A stretch of DNA of 64,000 bases from Octopus vulgaris (Eukaryota): contig OX597814.1 in the NCBI GenBank assembly GCA_951406725.2, positions 98,084,001 to 98,148,000 on the forward strand, in the 5' to 3' direction. Below, piece by piece: positions 26,201 through 38,200 of this stretch. The notes beneath the pieces are model-generated. The model was given only the letters and a program-made list of their open reading frames with translations, searched no databases and had not been told where the DNA came from. Positions within the stretch are counted from its first letter, which is position 1; the number at the start of each line of letters is the position of its first letter. The position numbers and the translations under genes are program-made.

Positions 26201-29200
26201 TTGTCTGTGTATGGCAGGTTTGGTATCCTTCAACTAACACTGTCTCCTCCGAGACCCTGTGGTGCAAGTTGACCAAAATTGAGAAAAAATTCAAATCGGA
26301 CCATGTTAACACCAAAAATTATTTACATCAAAAAGGTGCTTTTTTCTATGAAAATCCCTATTTTTTACGAATTTTTGACTACTGTGTCGCCATTTTTCGG
26401 TGTATTTCAACCAGAAAAATGTTCACTTAAAGAGAATAACAAGCTACATAATGCAAAATTTTTACTTTTCAAAAATTCCAATTCTAAAGGGCCGAAACAA
26501 ACCCGAGCAACGCCGGGCGATACTGCTAGTCCTTGCAATAGAAGAAAAAAAAAAATTTTTGTTATGCAGAAATTTAAAGAGTTGTTTCCCTTGTCATCAA
26601 ATTACATATGCTGCCTCTTTTGGTGAAATACGAGGGTTACACAAAAGATAGATATGAATGAAGCAAAACTGTCAAACAAGCCACCCGTACTCCTAGAGTT
26701 GGCCAGTTGCAGATGGTGATTGCCATTCTGGATAGCTTGACTAAACTCTTATTAGTTTTGGTTTTATTCTCTTACAGTTACACCTACGTTATAATTAACT
26801 TTTATTTTAGAATATCATTGTAAAATAAAATCTAATCTAGACAGCTAATTACTTTCAGATAAGTTACAAGTTATCTTTGTGTTCAAAGAGGTTTGCTTGT
26901 ATAACTTGGGTTTTGGTCAAACTGCTGGAAGGGTCAAGACAACCAGTTTATCTTTCTTTGCAGGGATTTTATTTCTATTATAAGTTACTAAGCAGATTGA
27001 GTGTTAATGAAATTTTTATAAGTGACCTTTATTCAAAATTTTAACTCCAAATTCATAATCTTATCTTCATTCTATTCCCTTTACTGATTGTTGAAACAGT
27101 TATTGCTAAAAGCTCAGTAAGCAGTAAAATTGATTATGGAATTATCCTAATTATGAATTTTCTCCACTAATTTTTAGTGATTTCTGTTTAATTTTAATGG
27201 ATTACAAATTATGAAAAGTTTTACTATGGTGTGAGAGGAGTAAATATTTTTACATAGTGCATTAATAACATACTGGTATGAGTGAATTATTTGTATTTAG
27301 ATAGATTGTATATCATCTTCATCATTATCGTTTAACGTCCATTTTCCATGCTGGCATGAGTTGGACGGTTTGACTGGGGACTGGCAAGCCAGGAGGCTGC
27401 ACCAGGCTCCAATCTGATCTGTCAAGGTTTCTACAGCTGAATGCCCTTCCTAACACCAACCACTCCGAGAGTGTAGTGGGTGCTTTTTACATGTTACCGG
27501 CATGAGAGCCAGTCAGGCGGCACTGGCATCGGCCATGTTCAGATGGTGCTTTTTATGTGCCATTGGCATAGGATCCAGTTAGGGCAGGGGGCTGGCATCA
27601 ACCATATTCGGATGATGCTTTTTATGTGCCACCAGCACAGGGAGTCAGTCAGGCGGCACTGGCATCAGCCACAACTACAATTTCTATTTTGATTTCGATG
27701 TGATTGAGATTCTGATTGTCATTTTGATTTTACTTGGTTCAGTAAGTCTCAAGCACAACGTGTCACCCAACAATTCAAAGGTACTTTTTAAATGGGCTGG
27801 TTATGTGACAGTGGTGTAGGCTACAACTATGATCTCACTTTACTTGCTGAGTCTTCTCAATCATAGAATATCTCCAGAGGTCTCAGTCTCTTGTCTTTGC
27901 TTCTGTGAGGTCCAATGTTTGAAAGTAATGCTTCACCACCTCATCCCATGTCTTCCTGGGTCTCCCTCTCCCAAGAGTTCCTTCCACTGTTAGGGAGTGA
28001 CACTTCTTCCCACAGCTCCCCTCGTCCATACACAGCATATGACCATACCAGCGCAGTCGTCTCTCCTGCACACCACATCTGATGCTTCTTATGTCCAACA
28101 TTTCGCTCAGAGCACTTACACTCTGTTGTGTATGCACACTGACATTTCACATCCAGTGGATCATACTAGCTTCATTTCTTTCAGGCCTATGTATGTCCTC
28201 AACAATCATGGCCCATGTCTCACTGCCGTGTAGCAGTGCAATTTGCACACATGCAGCATACTGTCTACCTTTCACTCTGAGCAAGAGGCTCTTTGTCACC
28301 AGCAGAAGTAGGAACTTTCTGAACTTTGCCCAGGCTATTCTTATTCTAGTGGCAATGCTCTCAGAGCCTCTTCCCCACTGTACAGACATAGTCACCTAGG
28401 TAGTGGAAGCTATCAACTACTTCTAGTTTCTCCTGCTGGCATGTGACGGAATCTATTTTCTGAACATCTCCAGTGTTTATTGTATCTGCTGCACACAAAA
28501 ACTATGTTAACCTTCCTTTGATGTTGCTGCACCTCATATGCATCCATAGTTTACACTGGGTACATCTTATAGAGTTTCTACCTACACCTTTTCTACAGAT
28601 CGAGCAGGGCCATCTATCTGAAGGGGTTTGTGATTTGTTTGCCTTCCTACTTACTAGGACTTGGGTTTTTGCAACATTGACTCTAAGGCCCTTCAATTCT
28701 AAACCTTGCTTCTACACCTGAAATTTCTTCTCTGGTTCTGGTAGAGATTTAGTTATGAGATCAAGGTCATCAGCATAGAGGAACTCTGAAGGGTAGCCTG
28801 TCTTGAATTTCTCTGTTATTGCTTGGAGGACTATGATGAATAAGAGGGGGCTGAGGACTGATCCTTGGTAAATCCCTACATCTACCCGGAGCTCTTCACT
28901 ATACTTGTTGCTGACCCTTACCTTACTGACAGCATCCCTGTACAGCTCTTACTAACCACTTGACTATCCCTAGTTTCCTTATCACCCACCAGATAAGGGA
29001 TTAGGGGACCCTGTCAAAGGCTTTCTTCAAGTCAACAAAAGCCAAGTATAGGGGTTTATTTTTGGCTAAGTACCGTATTTGACGGCATATTAGACGCACT
29101 GACATATTAGACGCACTGACATATTAGACGCACCTTCATTTCAGCAGGTCAAATTCAGGAAAAAAAGTTTTAAGTGTATTTAAGCATATATTGTTGAAAG

Positions 29201-32200
29201 CAGTCTAGCAGCACATTACAAAAGCAGAAAACATTGCTGTATAAAAGCAAGCATACAAAAGGAAAGCATACAAATTACAATAGTAATCATCTTTTTAACC
29301 AGAAAACTCTTCATCATCTTCTACACCAGAAAAGTCTTCATCATCTTCAAAACAAGGAACATCTTCATCACTACTGCTGAAATCACTGTCTTCAAATAAT
29401 ACATCATCTTCTGTGCCATCAAGGGCATTGCTAACTAGTACACCTCTTGGAATTTTATCCTTAGGCTGAGTTTTTCTCTTAAATATCAAAAGAGGTGGCA
29501 GTTTTATGCCATCAGCACAGCAGGCCAGAGCTACTGTATAGTGGGTCTTTTCGTGGCCAGTGGTTTTTATCGAAACCGTTTTAGACCCTTTGACACTCAC
29601 AGTCCTGTTGGATGGTACATCAAATGTGAGTGGAACTTCGTCCATATTCCCTATTTGGCCCAGTTCAAAACAAGTTTTCTTTCTTGCATTTATAACAAAT
29701 CTATGAAAATCTAATATTTTTTCTTCATAATCAGCAAGCATTTTTTGTGCAATGGATGTTTTTGTACGCATTGATAAACCCTCCCGTTTCATAAACCTGT
29801 AACACCAACCTTCTGTTCCTGCAAAGTTCTGTATCCCTCGTTGTTCTGCTACTCTCATGGCCTCATGAATTATCATTTTGGTAGATACACTTCTCCCTGA
29901 GTTTCTCTCATCAAGCACCCACGTTTTTATATCATCAAGTTCTGGCCAATGTGGGGCTGGGCAACGAAGGTTATGTTTACCTTTCTGTGCTCTCATCAGC
30001 TGCTCTTCTTGCTGTCGCCAGACATGTATCATTTTTTTCTGTAGGTGGTGGCCCAAAAACCCTTGCTGCTGCTCTATTTCCATGCTCCTTGGCATAATCT
30101 ACCACTCGTAGTTTGTAGGAGATTTTGTAGCTTGATCTTTTTGCTGCCATAACCATGAGGGTGCTTGTACTGTTGTAGTGTGTTTTGTTATGATCATAAA
30201 CTTTGTTGTACCAAGATATCCAACCTACCTCCGTATATACACGAACTCGCAGCGATCATGTGCATTCCGTAGTTTTACTCCTCACCGTCAGATGGCATCG
30301 AGTTAGGGTTCCGATCAGCTGATATTAGTAAACGTGTGTTATGGATCGCAGCCTAACAATTTACGGTAGATTGCTTTGATTTTTACGATAATTCGTATTT
30401 TAAAGTAATAATACTGGTAATAATAATAATAATAATACTAGCAATAAAATAATGATGCATGAGTACGGAAAATATCATTAAGGCGTTAGCGTAGGTAGAA
30501 ATACTTATCGTAAGCTAGGTTAGTGAGCGTCTGGGTGAAGATTAGCCTACGGGAGGGTCTTGACTTCGCATATTAGATGCAGGGCGATTTTTTGAGCCAA
30601 ATTTTCTGGAAAAAAGTGCGTCCTATATGCCATCAAATACGGTATTTCTCCTGCAGTTGCCTTACTAGAAATATAGCATCAGTGGTGCTTCTACCTAACA
30701 CAAAACTGAACTGCATCTCATCTAGGCTGACTCTGTCCCTAATTAGTTGGGCTATGACCCTCTCTGACTTTCATCACCTGATCCAGCAGTTTGAAACCCT
30801 TGTAATTATTTCTATCTAAAGCATCACCCTTACCTTTGTAGCCACACCAGTCATTGGGTACTACCTGATTTACACTATGGGTGACTAGACTATAACCCAC
30901 ACCACCAGATATTTTAAACATCTCAACAGTGATTCATAATGGGCCAGGGGCTTTTCCTGTTTTCATATCCTTGATTGCTTTATCTACCAGGGTGCTATTG
31001 ATTCGGGTAGCTGGTCCAACTAGGTCAACATTTGGCAGGCACTCTTCCTCCCATTCATTCTCCACATTCAGCAGCCTTTCATAATGGCATCTACAAAGCT
31101 CTTTCTTTGCAGAATCATTAAAAGCAAGTGCACCATCATCCATGTGGACACATTTCTTTCCTGTAACATCACAATTTTCTCTCGCACACTGTCTTGCAAT
31201 CCGAAATACTTCAGTTCTTTGGTCCTCATATCACCAACTTCTTTTCTGCTTCTCCCTTGGCTATATATACCTGTCTCCTTGCTTCCCCTCTGGCTATCTG
31301 GTACAGTTCCCTGCTACCCCAACTCTTCCAGGTTTTCCAGGCCTGTTTCTTTGCTCTAATGGCACTGTCTACCATATTTTTCCACCACCACATTACCTGG
31401 AAGGGACTTTGTACCAGCCACAGATCTAATCTGTGGCACTCAGTAAGCTGTCACATAGGAATTTCCAGTTACTTTCTGTGTCACAAGTCTGTAGCTCCTC
31501 CTCCCTCTCATCATATTTATCAATGAGGATGTCTCTAAGTCTCTGACCGTGTGAAGGGTTCTTAAGCTTCCACATCCTTCTCTTCTGGATTGGTCTACTT
31601 CTTGGCATTCTTCTGGCCTCAAGTCTAAAGTCACTAATGACTAGTCTATGCTGGGGTTGGGTATACATTCTTCACCAGGGAGGATCTTTGTATTTAAGAG
31701 CAATTATGCATCCCGCTGTCTGGTTACGATGGCTAGCAGATTCACTTGATTGATAGGTTATCTGGTGGCTGTCTGGCTTCCTGAAGTTGGTGTTACAGAT
31801 TAATAAGTTGCTTGCATCACAGAACTCCTGTAGCCTAGCTTCCTCATCATTTCAGGAACCAATTCCATGGCCCCCATGAACACCATGGGAGATACCAGAG
31901 TGCCATCCAACATGCCCATTAAAATCTCCAGCCACAAAGATGAGGTCATTGCCACTCATCTTTGAGGTAACATGTAGAAGGATATCATAAAAGTGGCCCT
32001 TCTGATCATTTGGTAGGCCTGCTTGTGGGTTGTAGGCAGAGATAATTGTAGGTATACTATTCTTCAAGCCTAGCCTGAGCTTAAGCACTCTATCGCACAC
32101 CCTGACTACCTCTATGACCTTATCCACTCATTTCTCTGCAAGGAGTATGCCTACACCTCCTACTCCAATACCTATGTGTCTTGTCTTTGAGGACCCTGGC

Positions 32201-35200
32201 TGAAGCTCCTCTCCACCTTATTTCTTGTATGCAGCATACATCAACATGTCTCTATCATTTGATTTAGCACCACCTTCTGGCTCTTGGTTGCCACTCTACT
32301 GCAAGCATTCAAACCAGATCTCTGGTCTGAGAATAATTTGATATCCTGATTGCTTTGTTTCCTATTGAAGCAACCCATGTGTCATTTGCTTCCTTTTTTT
32401 CTACCTGTCTCAGAAGCTCTATCAAAATGCCATAGGTGTTACTTTTGTTCCTCTAACTAAGTCATATATATTGTTTTACTTGTTTTGACTGCAGTCATGC
32501 TGACTGCTGCCATACTGAAGCAACCCCAGGACATATTCTTTGTAAGCCTGGTACTTTTCTTCGTTGACCATAATAATAATTATTATTATTATTCAATAGT
32601 CTTATTTTTTGCATGTGATTTCACTGCACGACAGAGCACAGCTCTGTGTCCCTTTGGTATGTGCTGTGGTTTGTGCAAGAAAAGTAGATACATAGACTGA
32701 AAGAAAAGTTGATGACACTTCTCAAGGTTCATCGGCAAGACTGGATATGATGTGACTGTGATTGTGACTAGTCATGCCTATGGCAGACAAAACTTATGCC
32801 CTCACAAGCGAAGACTCAATGCAAGATGCTTTGCTGCTGTAGATGTTCATGAATTCTATTGGTCTCTTTTGCCGAACTACTAAGTTATGGTGATGTAAAC
32901 TCACCAACATTGGTTGCCAAGTGATGGTGGTGGGGACAAACACAGACATGCACATAAATACACGTGTGTGTGTGAATCATCATCATCATCACACACACAC
33001 ACACGATAGGCTTCTTTTCAGTTTCTGTCCACCAAATCCACTCACAAGGCTTTGATCAGCCTGAGGCTTTAGTAGAAGACACTTGCCCAAGGTGCCACAC
33101 ACAGTAGGATTGAACCTAGAACTATATGGTTGGGAAGCAAGCTTCTTACCACTCAGCCATATGTGTGTGTGGTCATGGTTATGTGATTAAGAAGGTTGCT
33201 TTGTAACCACATTGTTTTGGGTTTAGTTCCATTATGTGAAACCTTTGGTAATTGTTTTCTGTGATAGCCCTGTGCTAACCTGTACCCTAAGCATGTGTGT
33301 CTGTCTTTGTGTTTGCTTCTCACCACTGCACAAGTGGTGTTGGTTTGTCTGTATCCCCTTAACTTAGCAGTTTGGCAAAAAGATACTGATAGAATAATAA
33401 AATAAGCACTGCTGTTGATTTTTATCAACTAAACTCTCCAGGGTAGTGCTACAGCATAGCTGCGGTCTAATGACTGAAAAAGTAAATGAAGAAAAAATCT
33501 TAGCACCATAAAAGAGCTAAAGGCTTAGAAGGTGTCATTGCTGCAGACATTCAACCCCAATGGTACTCTGATATAATGTCATAAACAATAATAATATTAG
33601 GTATAAAGCTGTTTACATATTTATAATTTTCATGTGTTTTTATGTTGTAGGTTGCCATTCTTGTTCTCTGGTCATTTGGCTAAATTTCTTTGATATTTAG
33701 TTGCAAGACCAAGAACTGACTAATTTTATTTTGTGAAGATGCATCAGATGTGTGTGCAAGATAGATGACTGTGCTGGTATGGTCTTATGTTGCCTATGGA
33801 TGTGGACAGTTGTCTGAAGAAGTGTCACACCCTAACAATGGAGGGAACCTGTGGAAGAGGTAGACTCAGGAAGACATGAGATGAGGTGATGATACACAAT
33901 CATCGAACATTGGACCTCACAGAGGCAATGACAAGCAACTGAGACCTTTGGAGATATGCTATACTCGAGAAGACCCAGCAAGCCAAGTGAGATCGTAGCC
34001 ATGGCCGATGCTCATTTAAAAGTACCCTTTGATCGTCAGGCAATATACTCTGCTTGAGAAAAACTGTTGAGTCAAGTGAAATTGTAGTCATGGCTGATGT
34101 CAGTGCCGCTGCCTGACTGGCACCTGTGTCAGTGTCACATAAAAAGCATCATTCGAGTGTGGCTGATGCCAGTGCTGGTGGAACATAAAAAGCACCATTT
34201 GAGTGTGGTCAATGCTAGTGTTGCCTGACTGGTTCCTGTAGCGGTGGCACATAAAAAGCACCCACTACACTCAGAGTGGTTGGCGTCAAGAAGGGCATCC
34301 AGCTGCAGAAATCTTGCCAGATCAGATTAGAGCCTCCTGGCTGATGATGATGATGATAAAAAACAACCTCAAATTCATCATCCTCAATATTTAATATCAA
34401 TTTTCCATGCTGACATGGGTTGGATGGCTTGTCAGGAATTGGCAACTCCAGGGGCTGCACCAGGTTCTATAGTCTGTTTTGGCTTAGCTTCTACATCTGG
34501 ACGCCCTTCCTAACACCTTCCACCCCACATAGTGTACTGGGTACTTTTTACATGGCACTATAACCAGTGCTTTTTACATGGCACCAACTCCCATACTAAT
34601 GCTTTTTATGTGGCACTTTGGTTTTAGGATCTCAGTTCTGTTGTGGTGGGCAGGTCTTTTTGTGTACAGTAATGCTCCACATATCTTAGTCCTCTGTCAT
34701 CTCCTTCCTAAGGCTCAGCGTTTTGAGATCGGTCTTCATTATTTCTCTCCATGGGTCTCCCTCTTCCACAACCTCCCTCCACTTTAAGTGATTGGCACTT
34801 CTTTATGCAACTGTCCTCATCCATCCACATCACATGATGAAACCAGTGCAGTCTACTCTCTTGCACACTGCATCTAATTCCTCTTATGTCCAACTTCTCT
34901 CTCAATACATCAATGCTCTGTCACACACGCATCCTGACATTGCACATCCAGTGGAGCATACCAGCTTCGTTTCTCTCCATCCTTTGCATGTCCTCCACAT
35001 TCAGGTTCCACATCTCATTACCATGCAGCATCACAGTTCATACATATGTATCATACAATCTTCCCTTCACTCAGAGAGACTCTTTTTTGCCAACAGAGGT
35101 AAAAGTTCTCTGAACTTTCTCCCAAAAATACCCAATTCTTTGTCAGAGAAAAAAGAAACCCAGTTCATTTTTGTATAAATTTCAGTTTTGTGAAATTAAT

Positions 35201-38200
35201 GTTTTATAAACTACTTTTTTTTTTTTTCAGGTTGTATGTCCTGTATGTCGTGAAACCATTTTGTGTGACTTAGACTCTTGGTTGAATGCTCCAGAACCTA
35301 TTCAAGAAGATACTTCTTTCCAATTATCCACTAAACTCATTTCCAGACAAGAAGAAATGGCTATCATATTTGAAAGACAGCGAGCCAACGGAGGTCTTAT
35401 TGACATTGAAGCTGAACGTAATAAATACCTTATATCGGCAGTAAGTTGAATTTCTCTTTAATTTACTTATCTTTCTAGGATGTCACTTTCTTCAGTATAA
35501 ATTATCTTCAGATTTTGTGACTTGAATGGGAAGCAAAATTTCGAATTGAGAATCCCCAAAGAAAAGCTAGCAATGTCATTTTAGTTAGCAGAAAAGAAGG
35601 TAAAACTCTGTTGCTATTGGGATGGTGGCCATACTCAAAATGCAGGAAAAATTGGGTCGGTAGGAATGTAAGCTGCTATGCACAACAGATGCAATGGGAG
35701 GAGAAGCAGACAGAGAAGCAAGACTTTGTGTATGGCAGATACATGAGAGTAGTTAACAGTAAGAGCACTCCTGAAATAAGTTCTTTCAAATAAACAGAAG
35801 GCTTCACTATTTATGACTTAATTAGCATGGGTGGTGGATGTTTTGAAAATAGAGTAGCCAGTATAAAAACGGTAGAAAGAGTTCTGGGAGATATTATTTC
35901 TGTAGGCAACAGGGGGATTCTCTTTCTGAGTGACAAGTAGAATCTATTATGCATGTTTACAAAATGTAGTGTTGCATGACAGTGAAACATGGGTTGTGAA
36001 GGCTGGAAATTAATGAGATGTGCTATGTTTGCATAAATGATTGATGGAGCACAACTGATTCAGGGAGAAAAACTAGATATAAGAGGAATCAAGAGTATGG
36101 TGCAAGAAGAAAAAGCTCTACTTGTGTGGCCATGTTCAGCATATGAATGATGGCAGTTTGATAAAGAGGTGCAGAGTGATTCAAATGGATGCAACTGCAA
36201 AGAAGGAAGATCTAAGAAGTGATGGAAGCTGATCCAAAAAGGCTGCTCCTTACCAAAATGATGACAGCAAATGTAGGAGTGAATTAGCATCATGAACCCT
36301 TTTGTCACTATATTCATATTGAAATACGTTGCCTTTGTTTCAACTAGTTTTGAAAATAACAAAGAATTTATTAAAATAACTTTATCATTATTGATTTGGT
36401 GTTTTACATATAAATTAATGTGGAATTTTCATGGAATATCTTAATTTAGATCACTTTAATACACTGAGAATTAATTTCTTTTATAAGACAAAGGGTGGTT
36501 TTAGGCAGTTTGATATCAAAAATGTTAATATAAGCAAGTCTAAAGACGCAGCTTTTATAATTATACAACAATAATTTTATTTATACCATTTCATGAATAA
36601 TCTTACTATATATATATATATTTGTGGGTTAACAAGTAGTCTTGTTAACCCACAAATATGGTTTCATGAAAAGATGGATCTTTACAATTGTTCAAGTATA
36701 CCACATGGGTACAGTACTTGTTTCCTTTTGGATGAGAATACATGGAGTTACATGAGATTGTACGAATTTCTCATTCAAAATGGAGACAGGTACCAATGTT
36801 CCCAAGTGGTACATTTGAACAATTGTAAAAATACCTCTTACATAAAACCAGTGGTAGCCTTGTTAACCTACAAATAAAGAATATTCATCCACCAATTCAT
36901 TGTTGGGTACTCATTCTCACTGTTTGATATTAGTGAGTGTATATTTGATGAGTAACATCTTATTTCTTTCTATTGAAACCTCATAAAAAAAAAAATTCCA
37001 TTACATTTAGTATTATTGTTGTTGAAACCTCTCACTTCATGTTGTAGCTATTATTGGGAATTAAGAGAAATTATTGCCATGCATATGATAAAACCTAGCA
37101 TAATCTTCGCTGATGTGATAGTGCAAATGATAATGATATTGCTCCTGCTTTCTTTTTGGTTGCATAGTAATTGATAAAATATTATTGTTTTATTTCAGGG
37201 AGAGTGTATTAATACCACTGCAAAAGAGACGCTTGCTGATTTTCCTTCAGTGCTCAATGGTAACCAGTTAGGAAACTTTGATAAGAAGTCTGGGAAGTCA
37301 CCGACTAGAGCTAACATCAATTCTGTTGAGGACGATAAGTCTGCCCCTAGAGATTACGGTATGCGTCATCACAGGCGTGGTAACCAGAGTTATGGGAAAA
37401 ACGGTTTTGGCGAAGGCAAAGGTAGATATTTTCGCAACAAAGAAAACTATAATGGGCAACGTTGTAATAGCCCTAACCAAAACAAATGGAACCGGACTGA
37501 ATACAATAACATCGAAGATTCCAATCTATCTTCTCCAAGAGGTGACCGTCCTCTTGCTAAGATGGATGCTCAGTGTTCAAATGATAAGCTGAAAAATGCT
37601 GACTTGCAGGTTCAAAACCATCAACATACTTACAAAGAAAGTAATGCCAAACCCTTTGAAAAGCAGCACAAAAAGTTTGACGTAAACCAAGATAACCGTA
37701 GATACAACAACAAGTCTTCTAATCATTTCCAAAGGAAAGGAAACAATAATAGTTACAAAGATAAAGGATGTTTTTACTCAAATTCTTATAATAACAATTC
37801 TGGACAAGGCACTCAGGAAAAATTTGCTTATTCTCATAGACATTCTGATAAGAGCAAAGCTGTAAATATATCTAAAAATACTGCTAATCCTTGCCCAAAA
37901 TCTGAATATCATAACTCTCAGGAAACTCCGGTTGTGACGTCTTCGGACAAGCCCCAACACAGATATACAAGGAATTATCAGGAAAACAATAGAAAATACC
38001 ATGATGATGATCATGATGTACCAATCTCTTCGCCTCAGACTAGGAGTCATCAGGAGGATTTAGAATTACAAGGAAACAAAAACCGAACAAGAGCCAAATC
38101 TCAGAACTATTTTCATAGCAAGAAAAACTATTATGAAAATGGGGATCACTCCAGGAAAACACCAAGGTACAATAAACATGACTGCTACGACAGTGATCAA

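Larger units (their letters stand above)
27313..32260 (-). mobile_element. Near full-length defective RTE-clade LINE (APE endonuclease + RT), interrupted at 29073-30642
   Basis: Endonuclease motifs [10 protein letters not shown] and [10 protein letters not shown]; RT motifs [35 protein letters not shown] and LYADDL; C-terminus [18 protein letters not shown]; 3' UTR and (GAT)n tail. Many stops and frameshifts. Confidence 0.93.
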
